The position numbers were made by a program, and so were the translations under genes. A stretch of 64,000 nucleotides of DNA from Bacteroidota bacterium (GTDB lineage: Bacteria; Bacteroidota; Bacteroidia; Bacteroidales; Prolixibacteraceae). Shown in pieces: positions 10,166 to 19,783 of this stretch. Below the pieces are notes generated by a model. That model was not told the origin of the DNA. It ran no database searches and saw only the letters and a list, made by a program, of their open reading frames with translations. Position 1 is the first letter of the stretch; the number at the start of each line of letters is the position of its first letter. The stretch lies in the NCBI GenBank assembly GCA_023251435.1, contig JAHEYU010000022.1, positions 5,194-69,193 on the forward strand. The letters run 5' to 3'.

Positions 10166-12931
10166 ATGCAAAATACAAATAAATCAGACCAACGTTTCAC
10201 TTCCAAAAGGCTGAAAATATTTGCTCTTATGAGTTGCATCTGTCTCTTGGCTAACACACCTGCATCAGCACAAAATACCGACAGGACCTTGAGACAACGC
10301 ATTTCCATCAACGAAGGCTGGAGTTTTTTCAAATACGAATCGGCTACAATAGCTGATAAGCTGATTTACGATATTCGACCTGAAATTACCGATTTAACTG
10401 AAAACAAGGTAGCCGATGCCAAACCTACTGAAGCGGTTGAAGTGGAAGCTAAACAGGAAGTGCTAAAACCCTGGATTCTTCCGTCTGCGAATGATTTCAT
10501 CAAAGATCCGGCAAAAAGACATGCTCGTCCCGAAGGAAATCCCGGCGGTGATTTTCCCTTCGTTCAAAGCAATTTCGACGACCGTTTATGGGAAAAAGTA
10601 AACCTGCCGCACGACTGGGCGATCAAAGGCCCTTTTCAGAAAGGTTGGAATTCTGAAGTGGGCGGTGGCATGGGGCGTTTGCCCGTTAACGGAGCGGCCT
10701 GGTACAGGAAAAAACTCGACGTTCCGGCAGCGGATGCAGGCAAATCCATCTTTCTTGATATTGACGGAGCCATGTCGTATACCATCGTTTGGTTGAACGG
10801 CCAACTGGTTGGGGGCTGGCCTTATGGCTACAATTCGTTTCGGTTAGATCTGACTCCGTTCATCAAATTCGGAGGTGAGAATCAATTGGCCATCCGCATC
10901 GACAATCCCAACCATTCTGCCCGTTGGTACCCCGGTGCAGGGCTTTACCGCAATGTTTGGCTGACCAAAACCAACCCGATCCACGTTGGTCAGTGGGGAA
11001 CTTACGTGACCTCAAAAGATATTTCAAAGGAATCTGCCACCATCAATCTGGCAGTTTCCATTGACAACAATACAAAATCAGATGCAACAGTTGAAGTTTC
11101 AACTTCAGTTTATGCGTTGGATGCAAAAGGGAACAAAACATGTAAGGCTGTTGGTCGCTTTTCAAGCCTGAAATCGAAAGTTGTTGCTGACGGAATCGCC
11201 AAAGTTGAAAACTCGGTTATCCTCAAAAACCCCAAACTCTGGGGGCCTCCGCCAACACAGCAACCGAATCTTTATGTAGCCGAAACTACTTTGTCTGAAA
11301 ACGGCAAAATTATCGACACCTACGAAACCCGGTTTGGAATTAGGTCAGTAGAATTTAATCCCGATAAAGGAATAGTTGTCAACGGTGAACACATTAAAAT
11401 ACAAGGGGTCAACCAGCACCACGATCTGGGCGCTTTGGGTTCTGCGTTCAATACGCGCGCTGCTGAACGCCAACTAGAGATTTTACGCGAGATGGGTTGC
11501 AACGCCATTCGTATGGCGCACAATCCGCCAGCGCCGGAGTTGCTCGAATTAACCGACCGCATGGGTTTTCTGGTAATCGACGAGATTTTTGATTCGTGGG
11601 AACGAAAAAAGACTCCGCATGATTTCCACCTGATTTTTCCTGATTGGTCAGAAGCCGATACACGCGCATTTATTCGTCGCGACAGGAATTGCCCTTCAGT
11701 AATTATGTGGAGTTTTGGAAATGAAGTGGGAGAACAATATACCGACAAAGATGGTGCTGCCGTAGCAAAACGGTTATCCGATTTTGTAAAGGAAGAAGAC
11801 CCAACGCGGCCAACTACTCTTGCCATGAATTTTGCAAAACCGGACATGCCTTTACCCCAGATTCCCGATGTAATTGGTCTGAATTATCAGGGCGAAGGGA
11901 TTCGCACTGCTCCGGAATTTGAAGGAACCGATCGCATTCGGACTTCTCCGCAATACTATTCTTTCCATGCAAAATTTCCCAACAAAGTAATTCTCAGCGC
12001 TGAAACCGCTTCAGCATTCAGTAGCCGTGGCATTTACCTGTTCCCCGTTTCGAAAGAGAACAGTGCACCGGTACGCGATGGCCGTGGCGGCGATTCGAAA
12101 ATTTGTCAGGTTAGTTCGTACGAACTCCATGCAGTTGACTTTGGCTCATCCGCCGATAAAGTTTTTGGGTCACTCGACCGGCATCCTTTTGTGGCGGGCG
12201 AATTCGTCTGGAACGGATTTGATTACATTGGTGAACCAACTCCTTATTATGAGGCGCGGAGCTCGTATTCAGGCATGATCGATCTGGCAGGTTTCAAAAA
12301 AGACCGGTTTTATCTTTATCAATCCCGCTGGCGCTCTGATCTGCCCATGGCTCACATTCTTCCACACTGGAACTGGGCGGAACGCGTTGGAGAAGTCACT
12401 CCGGTACATGTATTTACTTCGGGCGACGAAGCAGAATTATTCCTGAATGGAAAATCATTAGGGAAAAAGAAAAAAGGAGATTACGAATACCGTTTGCGTT
12501 GGGACGATGTGAAATATGAACCGGGCGAATTGAAGGTAGTCGCGTATAAAAATGGGCAGAAGTGGGCAGAAGAAATGGTAAAAACCACCGGAGAAGCATC
12601 GCAACTTCAGGCCACAGCCGACCGTAGCCAAATTGCTGCCGACGGAAAAGATTTGACCTTCATTACCGTGAAAATAACTGATAAGAATGGATTGATGGTA
12701 CCACGATCAAATAACCGGATTGAATTCAGTATTGAAGGTCCGGGCGAAATTGTGGCCACCGATAACGGCGATTCATATAATCTGGAATCCTTTGCTTCAA
12801 ACCAACGTGAGGCTTTTAACGGATTGGCGCTGGTGATTGTAAGGGCGAAATCTGGAGAAACGGGAACCATAACCGTGACAGCAAAATCAAACGGTTTGGC
12901 TGAAACCAAGATGACAATCAAAAGCAAATAG
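10166..12931 (+). CDS. GH2 family glycosidase (beta-galactosidase/beta-glucuronidase-like)
   Basis: 921 aa with WYRKKLDVP, LNGQLVGGWPYGYNSFRLDLTP, GVNQHHDLGALG, NAIRMAHNPP and MWSFGNEVGE (acid/base NE). C-terminal Ig-like domains. Confidence 0.9.
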   Translation: MQNTNKSDQRFTSKRLKIFALMSCICLLANTPASAQNTDRTLRQRISINEGWSFFKYESATIADKLIYDIRPEITDLTENKVADAKPTEAVEVEAKQEVLKPWILPSANDFIKDPAKRHARPEGNPGGDFPFVQSNFDDRLWEKVNLPHDWAIKGPFQKGWNSEVGGGMGRLPVNGAAWYRKKLDVPAADAGKSIFLDIDGAMSYTIVWLNGQLVGGWPYGYNSFRLDLTPFIKFGGENQLAIRIDNPNHSARWYPGAGLYRNVWLTKTNPIHVGQWGTYVTSKDISKESATINLAVSIDNNTKSDATVEVSTSVYALDAKGNKTCKAVGRFSSLKSKVVADGIAKVENSVILKNPKLWGPPPTQQPNLYVAETTLSENGKIIDTYETRFGIRSVEFNPDKGIVVNGEHIKIQGVNQHHDLGALGSAFNTRAAERQLEILREMGCNAIRMAHNPPAPELLELTDRMGFLVIDEIFDSWERKKTPHDFHLIFPDWSEADTRAFIRRDRNCPSVIMWSFGNEVGEQYTDKDGAAVAKRLSDFVKEEDPTRPTTLAMNFAKPDMPLPQIPDVIGLNYQGEGIRTAPEFEGTDRIRTSPQYYSFHAKFPNKVILSAETASAFSSRGIYLFPVSKENSAPVRDGRGGDSKICQVSSYELHAVDFGSSADKVFGSLDRHPFVAGEFVWNGFDYIGEPTPYYEARSSYSGMIDLAGFKKDRFYLYQSRWRSDLPMAHILPHWNWAERVGEVTPVHVFTSGDEAELFLNGKSLGKKKKGDYEYRLRWDDVKYEPGELKVVAYKNGQKWAEEMVKTTGEASQLQATADRSQIAADGKDLTFITVKITDKNGLMVPRSNNRIEFSIEGPGEIVATDNGDSYNLESFASNQREAFNGLALVIVRAKSGETGTITVTAKSNGLAETKMTIKSK

Positions 12932-12969
12932 AAACAAAGACATCATCTAAAATCAAGGGGAAACTAAAA

Positions 12970-14223
12970 ATGAAAACGAGATTAAAAATTCAGGTACGCA
13001 TACTCATTTTATTATTGATTGTATCAGCGAGCCTAAGTTTATCTGCTCAAAAAATTCCTCTTGTTTATGGAGTTGAGAACACTGGGGCGAAATTTACGAA
13101 GCCGGTTTTACCTACGCTAGAACAACTGCCAGTCATTGATCCCCTGACCGATCCGTTCGCATGGTCTGATGGTAAGGGGCGTTCAACCAAATTCAAAAAC
13201 TGGAGTAAGCGACGTGCCGAGATTGGCGCTGAAATACAACATTACGAGATCGGCAAAAAGCCTGATCGTCCGGACACCATTACTGCAAGTTTTTCTGATG
13301 GCACACTCACCGTAAACATTACCGAAAATGGCAAAATACTCACCCTAACTTCAAAAATTACCCTTCCTGAAGGGAAAGGTCCATTCCCTGCAGTGATCGG
13401 GATTGGACGTGGTTCGGGCAGTTTACCCGCTGAAATATTTGCCAGTCGCGGTATTGCGCAAATCCCTTTTAATTTCACACAGGTAATGGCTCATAACCAG
13501 AAACGAGGCAATGAACCAATCAATAAACTTTATCCTGAACTTGTTTCAATGGGTGCCTATTCTGCCTGGTCTTGGGGAGTCAGCCGACTGATTGATGGAT
13601 TGGAACTGGTTTCGAAAGAACTTCCCATCGATTTAAAGCATCTGGCAATAACCGGTTGCTCTTTCGCCGGAAAAATGGCGCTTTTTGCAGGAGCTTTCGA
13701 TGAACGTATCGCACTGACGATTGCCCAGGAATCCGGTGGCGGTGGGGCCGCAGCCTGGCGCGTTTCACAGTCGTTGCCTGTTAAAGTGGAAACGCTGGGC
13801 GCTACCAGTCATGTCTGGTTTCAGGAAAGCATGTTTCAATTTGCGGATAAGAATGTTTCGAAACTGCCATTCGATCATCATGAGTTAATGGCCATGATTG
13901 CGCCCCGTGCATTGCTTGTACTTGGAAACCCTGACTTTGTTTGGCTTGCAGATGAATCAGGTTACGTATCCTGCCGGGCGGCACACGAAGTCTGGAAAAC
14001 TTTTGGCATACCCGATCGCTTTGGTTTTTCGATTGTGGCCGGGCATGGACACTGCCAACTCCCCAAAAGTCAATATCCGGAAGTGGAAGCTTTTGTTGAA
14101 AAGTTCCTTCTTGGAAATACATCCGCAAATACAAACGTTACAATCAGTCCCTATCCACAAGTTGATTATTCCCGTTGGTTTGATTGGTGGGGAAAAGGAA
14201 AACCAGCATTCAAGAAAAATTAA
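12970..14223 (+). CDS. CE15 glucuronoyl esterase-like
   Basis: 417 aa with a signal peptide. TGCSFAGKMAL matches the CE15 GCSRxG nucleophile block, but with F in place of R. Also AQESGGGGAAAWR and VAGHGHCQ. Confidence 0.8.
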   Translation: MKTRLKIQVRILILLLIVSASLSLSAQKIPLVYGVENTGAKFTKPVLPTLEQLPVIDPLTDPFAWSDGKGRSTKFKNWSKRRAEIGAEIQHYEIGKKPDRPDTITASFSDGTLTVNITENGKILTLTSKITLPEGKGPFPAVIGIGRGSGSLPAEIFASRGIAQIPFNFTQVMAHNQKRGNEPINKLYPELVSMGAYSAWSWGVSRLIDGLELVSKELPIDLKHLAITGCSFAGKMALFAGAFDERIALTIAQESGGGGAAAWRVSQSLPVKVETLGATSHVWFQESMFQFADKNVSKLPFDHHELMAMIAPRALLVLGNPDFVWLADESGYVSCRAAHEVWKTFGIPDRFGFSIVAGHGHCQLPKSQYPEVEAFVEKFLLGNTSANTNVTISPYPQVDYSRWFDWWGKGKPAFKKN

Positions 14224-14265
14224 ATATGATTGAATGTTTACATATCTATTTGGCATTTCACGTCA

Positions 14266-14351
14266 GTCATTGGTCGTCAATTATTGTCATTCTGTTGTCA
14301 TTTCCTGGCAACTTAATGACTGCCAAATGACAATTGAATGACTTTTATGAC
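14266..14351. repeat. Helically phased array: 4 x GTCA(T/A) then 4 x ATGAC in inverted orientation
   Basis: GTCAT/GTCAA start at 14266, 14276, 14286 and 14297 (spacing 10, 10, 11). ATGAC starts at 14316, 14327, 14338 and 14347 (spacing 11, 11, 9). ATTGTCATT (14283-14291) is the exact reverse complement of AATGACAAT (14326-14334). The array lies in the only long gap (191 nt) of the xylan gene array. Confidence 0.7.
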
Positions 14352-14414
14352 ATTGGGTAAATTAAGGATATCTATAAATTTAAATACATGATTAGTACTT
14401 AAGATCGAAATTTT

Positions 14415-15554
14415 ATGAGAAAGCAAAAAAAACATACAAGTTTATTGATTGGATTGATCCTGTTGGGCATGAATGCTTTTTCACAAGATCCGGATTTCCA
14501 CATTTACCTGTGTTTCGGACAGTCGAACATGGAGGGAGCAGGTGCAATTGAAACGGTTGATAAGACCGTTGACCCACGTTTCAAAGTTATGGAAGCTGTT
14601 GACTGTTCAAATCTGGGAAGAACAAAAGGGAAATGGTACACCGCTGTTCCGCCTTTGACCCGATGTTATTCCGGTCTCTCGCCTGTCGATTATTTTGGCA
14701 GAACGATGATTGCAAACCTTCCAACCAGCGTTAAAGTCGGTGTAATCAATGTTTCTGTGGGTGGCTGCAAAATCGAACTGTTCGACAAAGTTAACTATCA
14801 GACGTATGTTTCAACAATCACTGCAGATTGGTTGAAGAACATCATTGCCGAATACAGCGGAAACCCTTACGCCCGTTTGGTTGAAATGGCCAAACTAGCG
14901 CAGAAAGATGGTGTCATCAAGGGCATTCTGTTGCACCAGGGTGAGTCGAATACGGGTGACAGCCAATGGCCCACCAAGGTGAAGGGAGTTTACAACAACC
15001 TGATAACCGATCTTGCACTTGACCCGACCAAAGTGCCGCTGCTTGCCGGTGAAGTCGTTCATGCCGATCAGGGTGGCGTTTGTGCCAGCATGAATACCAT
15101 TATCGCGAAATTACCTCAATCACTTCCGAATTCTTATGTCATCTCTTCGAGCAAGTGTACAGATCAGGCAGACAATCTGCATTTCAATTCGGCAGGTTAC
15201 AGGGAAATAGGAAAAAGATATGCCAATAAAATGCTTTCATTAATGGGTATTATACCAACTGGTATTCCTGAAATCCTTTCAGCAGTGAGCGATGGGTTCC
15301 GTTTAGAACAAAACTATCCAAATCCGTTTAACGGAAAAACCAACATTTCATTTGAGATTCCAAGTGCCGAACATGTTTCGTTAAAAGTTTATAATATACT
15401 CGGGAAAGAGATGGCCGAACTTGCCGGAAGAGAATATTCACAGGGAGTTCACTCAATAGAATTTGATCCGGGAAATCTTAAAGGAGGAATATATTTCTGC
15501 TGGCTTAAAGCTGGTAGGTTTTCAGCAAGTCAAAAAATGGTGATTCAGGATTAA
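14415..15554 (+). CDS. SASA-domain (CE6-type) carbohydrate esterase with T9SS C-terminal domain
   Basis: 379 aa with LCFGQSNMEG, LLHQGESN and DNLHFNSAGY. Tail NYPNPFNGKTNISFEI...GIYFCWLKAG. Confidence 0.85.
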   Translation: MRKQKKHTSLLIGLILLGMNAFSQDPDFHIYLCFGQSNMEGAGAIETVDKTVDPRFKVMEAVDCSNLGRTKGKWYTAVPPLTRCYSGLSPVDYFGRTMIANLPTSVKVGVINVSVGGCKIELFDKVNYQTYVSTITADWLKNIIAEYSGNPYARLVEMAKLAQKDGVIKGILLHQGESNTGDSQWPTKVKGVYNNLITDLALDPTKVPLLAGEVVHADQGGVCASMNTIIAKLPQSLPNSYVISSSKCTDQADNLHFNSAGYREIGKRYANKMLSLMGIIPTGIPEILSAVSDGFRLEQNYPNPFNGKTNISFEIPSAEHVSLKVYNILGKEMAELAGREYSQGVHSIEFDPGNLKGGIYFCWLKAGRFSASQKMVIQD

Positions 15555-15593
15555 TTGTTACAAGATGGTGTAAGTTTAAGTATTAAAAAAGTG

Positions 15594-17225
15594 ATGAAGA
15601 TATTATTGAGTTTGATATTGTTGATGCTGGTGGTTGGTTTTGCCAATGCGCAAAAACAAATTTCAGTGAAAGCCGCTATTAAGAAGCAAACCATCGATGG
15701 TTTTGGCGGTTCAATTGCCTATTACGAAAACTGGGTGGTAGCGCATCCCAAACGCTCCATGATTTACGATTACCTGTTTCGTGATTTAGGCTTAAGTATT
15801 TTGCGGTTACGAAATGAATACATGAATGAGGGAGGTTCAAATTCAGGGGTTAACGACACACGGACGTTTTTTTTGGAAGGAAAGAAAAGAAGTTCTTTCG
15901 ATATTATGATGTCGTCGTGGTCGCCTCCAGGCAAGTACAAAAGCAACGGAAAACCTGCCAATGACGAAACCATGGCCACATTGGCAACTGATGCAGCCGG
16001 AAATTTTGTTTATGGCGATTTCGCCAAGTGGTGGTACAAATCGTTGCTCGATTACAAAGCGAAAGGCATTGATGTCAAATATGTCAGCATACAAAACGAA
16101 CCCAACTGGAATCCGGGATATGAAGGTTGTATTTTTATGCCTACCGAACAAACTGTTTACGATAAAAAGCTGGCACAGAATGTAAAAGTGGCATCGTATA
16201 CCAAAGCGTTTAATGCCGTTTACGATACACTTTCCAAATACAAAACGAGCCTGAATATTGGCGCCAAAATGATTGGACCTGAAGTTTTAGGTATAGAAAA
16301 CGCCTGGTCGGGACGCCCGGGCGATTATACCAAATACATGGATATGACCAAGTGTTATGCCGTTGCCCACCATTTATATACTGGTACCGACCCGGCAACC
16401 ATGGTTACAAACATGACGGTTTTAAACAATGCATATCCTTCCATCCCCAAAATGCAAACAGAATATTGTGACAAGGATTGGCTTACACTGTCGCAAATTA
16501 TTCACAATTCGCTGGTGGTTGAAAATGTTTCAGCTTATTTGGTTTGGAAACTGATATGGCCCGACAGCGACTTTATCCACATGGAAAACCCATGGAATTC
16601 AGGTTCGTGGATAAATCCCAATGGCTTTAAAGTTGGCACAAAATATTATATGTTTAAACAATTCGCCAACTTCATCAAGCCCGGTTACACCAGGATTGAA
16701 TCATCTGGTAGTACCAGTACAATAAAAGTATCTGCATTTCTTAGCCCCGATGCACAAAAAATGAGCATCGTCGCCATCAATGCGGCCGCAACAAAAGATT
16801 CCATATCTGTTTCAACCCAGGATTATACTATTTTATCGGGCAATATTTATAGAACCTCTGAAACTGAAAACTGCATTTTATCGGGCACCTATTCTGGTGG
16901 GAACATTGTACTTCCGCCAAAATCGGTTACAACCATCGCGTTACAAGCAGCGCCCCTAAATGTTGGAATAAAAACAATTGACAATGAAGCAAGCCAGGTT
17001 TTGGCATTTCCAAATCCATTTAGCAGCGAAATAACATTGAATCTGAAGAATTTCAGCATCAACACCATAGTCGAAATAGCAAATCTTTCGGGACAAATTC
17101 TCTATCGCGAAAAGGCTGAAAATATTACTTCCGGAAAAATTGGATCAGAATTACACCCAGGTATGTATATTCTTGGAATTACCAATGGAGACAAACGTAT
17201 AACGAAAAAAATAATAAAACGTTAG
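15594..17225 (+). CDS. GH30 family glycosidase (non-subfamily-8) with T9SS C-terminal domain
   Basis: IDGFGGSIAYYENW, LSILRLRN, SSWSPPGKYK, YVSIQNEPNW. Tail FPNPFSSEITL...GMYILGITNG. I moved the start from the track's TTG at 15555 to the ATG at 15594, which begins a signal peptide (MKILLSLILLMLVVGFANAQ). Confidence 0.85.
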   Translation: MKILLSLILLMLVVGFANAQKQISVKAAIKKQTIDGFGGSIAYYENWVVAHPKRSMIYDYLFRDLGLSILRLRNEYMNEGGSNSGVNDTRTFFLEGKKRSSFDIMMSSWSPPGKYKSNGKPANDETMATLATDAAGNFVYGDFAKWWYKSLLDYKAKGIDVKYVSIQNEPNWNPGYEGCIFMPTEQTVYDKKLAQNVKVASYTKAFNAVYDTLSKYKTSLNIGAKMIGPEVLGIENAWSGRPGDYTKYMDMTKCYAVAHHLYTGTDPATMVTNMTVLNNAYPSIPKMQTEYCDKDWLTLSQIIHNSLVVENVSAYLVWKLIWPDSDFIHMENPWNSGSWINPNGFKVGTKYYMFKQFANFIKPGYTRIESSGSTSTIKVSAFLSPDAQKMSIVAINAAATKDSISVSTQDYTILSGNIYRTSETENCILSGTYSGGNIVLPPKSVTTIALQAAPLNVGIKTIDNEASQVLAFPNPFSSEITLNLKNFSINTIVEIANLSGQILYREKAENITSGKIGSELHPGMYILGITNGDKRITKKIIKR

Positions 17226-17251
17226 AACAGAAACGAATTAAAACAGAGCGT

Positions 17252-18265
17252 ATGAATCACATCAAATTGACACTGTTTTTTTCTGTTTTCCTGATTGTGG
17301 GAGAAGTATCGCAGGCACAACTTCGGGTGGTAATCTCATCCGACTTTCCTCCTTTGGACGTTGTCATGTCGGGTGGCGCAGCTGATCATACCAGCGACCC
17401 GGATGATATACAGTCGATGGTTCGTTTCTTACTTTACACCAATGAGTTTGATGTTGAGGGGCTAGTCGTTTCATCAGCCACCTTTGCCAATATTGCGAAA
17501 AAGCAAAATATGCTGGACATGATTAACCTCTACGACAAGGTCGATGAAAACCTAAGGAAACATGATCCCAGCTATCAAACTGCTGATGAATTGCGTGCTG
17601 TCACTTTTCAGGGACGGTCAGGTACCTGGGGCAAGTCGGTTGGCAATAACATTGGTGAAGGTAAAGATAGCGAGGCATCTGAAGCGATCATCAATATCGT
17701 CGATAAGCCAGATTCCCGGCCGGTATGGTTCTCGGTCTGGGGCGATTGCAGCAACATAGCGCAAGCGATCTGGAAAGTGCAAAATACAAGGAGCGCTCCT
17801 GAACTGAAGACCTTTCTCGGTAAGATTCGCATCTATCAGATCGCTCATCAGGATGATACCATAGACTGGCTGCTTAGTAATTTTCCAGACCTGTTCATTA
17901 TCTATTCGGAGTCTACTTTCATGGGCATCTTTGGTGGTTCTACCGATCCGCTTGGAAACCTTGCCTGGATCAACTCGAACATACGTCAAAACCACGGTCC
18001 TCTGGGTGCTGTATATCCAACAGCATCGATGGGCGTCGATGGACTCAAGGAGGGCGATACGCCTTCGTTCCTCTACCTGGTGAGCGCTGCGCATGGGATG
18101 AACAACCCTGAAGATCCCACTCTGGAAAGCTGGGGCGGACAATTTGTCCGGTCAGGTACAACCAATCATTGGGTTGATGGGCCGGGCCCATTGAGCATTT
18201 CAAAGTGGAAATCAAAATATCAGGAAGAGTTTGCCAAACGAGCCGATTGGATGCTCGACCAATAA
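17252..18265 (+). CDS. DUF1593 (Sde182-type nucleoside-hydrolase-like domain) protein, short paralogue
   Basis: 337 aa with a signal peptide. VVISSDFPPLDVVMSG...SDPDDIQSMVRFLLYTNEFDVEGLVVSS, SVWGDCSNIAQAIW, YQIAHQDDT, EGDTPSFLYL. It is collinear with the next gene but stops at ...RADWMLDQ, before the Ig-like domain. Confidence 0.7.
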   Translation: MNHIKLTLFFSVFLIVGEVSQAQLRVVISSDFPPLDVVMSGGAADHTSDPDDIQSMVRFLLYTNEFDVEGLVVSSATFANIAKKQNMLDMINLYDKVDENLRKHDPSYQTADELRAVTFQGRSGTWGKSVGNNIGEGKDSEASEAIINIVDKPDSRPVWFSVWGDCSNIAQAIWKVQNTRSAPELKTFLGKIRIYQIAHQDDTIDWLLSNFPDLFIIYSESTFMGIFGGSTDPLGNLAWINSNIRQNHGPLGAVYPTASMGVDGLKEGDTPSFLYLVSAAHGMNNPEDPTLESWGGQFVRSGTTNHWVDGPGPLSISKWKSKYQEEFAKRADWMLDQ

Positions 18266-18291
18266 TAATCATCGATATAAATCAATATAGC

Positions 18292-19749
18292 ATGAATAAA
18301 AAATTGCATTTAGTTGGATTGCTCGGGTCGCTAATTTTTGGGTTACTAAATCCGGTTTCGGCCAATCCATCAAAAGGTATTCCGACCGAAAAGCAGCACC
18401 GAATGATTGTATTATCGGATATTGAAGCAGAAGTTGACGATACCGAATCTTTTGTTCGCCTGCTTTTATATTCCAACGAAATTGATCTGAAAGGATTAGT
18501 TGCGACTACCTCTGTCTGGAAAAGAACAAGTGTAGCTCCTGAAGCAATTGTAAAAATAATTCAGGCATATAACAAAGTGCAGCCAAACCTTTTAAAACAT
18601 GAAGCAGGTTTTCCTGTAGCTGAATCGCTTTTAAAGATGGTCAAAAAGGGCTTACCCAAATACGGTATGCTGGGAGTTGGTGATGGCAAAGATTCTGAAG
18701 GATCGGACTGGATTATCAAAGTACTGGAAGAAAAAGATGAGCGTCCATTATGGGTATCTGTTTGGGGAGGCTCGAATACACTCGCTCAGGCATTGTACAA
18801 AATTAAACATACAAAAACAGAAGCCGAGGCTAAAAAATTAATCGCCAAACTCAGGGTCTATACTATATCCGATCAGGACGATAGCGGCATCTGGATCAGG
18901 AATACTTTTCCCAATTTATTTTACATCGTCAGTCCGGGCGATGATTATGGCAGCGCAACCTGGAGCGCCATCAACAGTTTTGTAAAAGGCATCAACAACG
19001 AAAAGATAGGAAACGCCTGGTTGGCCGAAAATATTCAGCAAGGTCATGGTCCATTGGGTGTGGAATATCCTGATGTTGCCTGGGGAGTGGAAGGAGATAC
19101 CCCATCCTGGTTATCATTAATTCTAAACGGACTAAATGCACCGGAACATCCTGAATGGGGTGGCTGGGGCGGTCGTTACGAGTTGTACAAACCCGATTTC
19201 TCCAAGCTGAAAAAAGGAAATTCAGGTGTTCCGTTTGAGCCCGAAACACGGGAAATATGGACCAATGCAATTGACAGTTATACTCCGTTTTTGCCTAATA
19301 ATTATGGGCGGACATTAATAGCCGACACCGTTACTTTTACAGACTATAAAGTAACCTTGTGGCGTTGGCGCGACGATTTTCAAAACGATTTTGCAGCCCG
19401 AATGGATTGGTGCATTAAAGCTTATCAGGAAGCTAATCATCCACCGGTTCCGGTTTTGAGTCATCCTGAAGAAATAACCGTAAAATCAGGTGAAGGATTT
19501 GGTTTGGATGCCGGCAATTCTACAGATCCCGACGGAGATCATATCAGCTACCTGTGGTTCAGTTATCCGGAGGCTGGCAGCTATAAAAAAAAGCTCATTA
19601 CTGAAGCAGAGGTTGCACATGGTGTTTATGTGAAAGCGCCTGTCGTTGAGAAAACAGAAACTGCGCATATAATCCTTAAAGTTACTGATAAAGGCAAGCC
19701 ATCTTTATCAAGATATAAAAGGATTATTGTTACGATCATTCCGAAATAG
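18292..19749 (+). CDS. DUF1593 (Sde182-type) protein with C-terminal Ig-like domain, long paralogue
   Basis: Start moved to the ATG at 18292 (MNKKLHLVGLLGSLIFGLL signal). LSDIEAEVDDTESFVRLLLYSNEIDLKGLVATTS, SVWGGSNTLAQALY, YTISDQDDS, EGDTPSWLSL. C-terminal HPPVPVL...STDPDGDHISYLWFSYPEAG. Confidence 0.7.
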   Translation: MNKKLHLVGLLGSLIFGLLNPVSANPSKGIPTEKQHRMIVLSDIEAEVDDTESFVRLLLYSNEIDLKGLVATTSVWKRTSVAPEAIVKIIQAYNKVQPNLLKHEAGFPVAESLLKMVKKGLPKYGMLGVGDGKDSEGSDWIIKVLEEKDERPLWVSVWGGSNTLAQALYKIKHTKTEAEAKKLIAKLRVYTISDQDDSGIWIRNTFPNLFYIVSPGDDYGSATWSAINSFVKGINNEKIGNAWLAENIQQGHGPLGVEYPDVAWGVEGDTPSWLSLILNGLNAPEHPEWGGWGGRYELYKPDFSKLKKGNSGVPFEPETREIWTNAIDSYTPFLPNNYGRTLIADTVTFTDYKVTLWRWRDDFQNDFAARMDWCIKAYQEANHPPVPVLSHPEEITVKSGEGFGLDAGNSTDPDGDHISYLWFSYPEAGSYKKKLITEAEVAHGVYVKAPVVEKTETAHIILKVTDKGKPSLSRYKRIIVTIIPK

Positions 19750-19783
19750 CGTTTTTAATTAACTAATTGCGAAAAATAATAGC

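Noticed and set aside
15555-15593. N-terminal extensions proposed by the ORF track. The same issue affects the starts at 18205, 22066, 26073, 31049, 37110(-), 39867, 51369, 52398, 53173 and 59215.
   Set aside because: In each case an internal ATG begins a canonical signal peptide or the conserved domain. The upstream part overlaps the previous gene or intergenic hairpins, and several track starts are TTG. I used the internal ATG.
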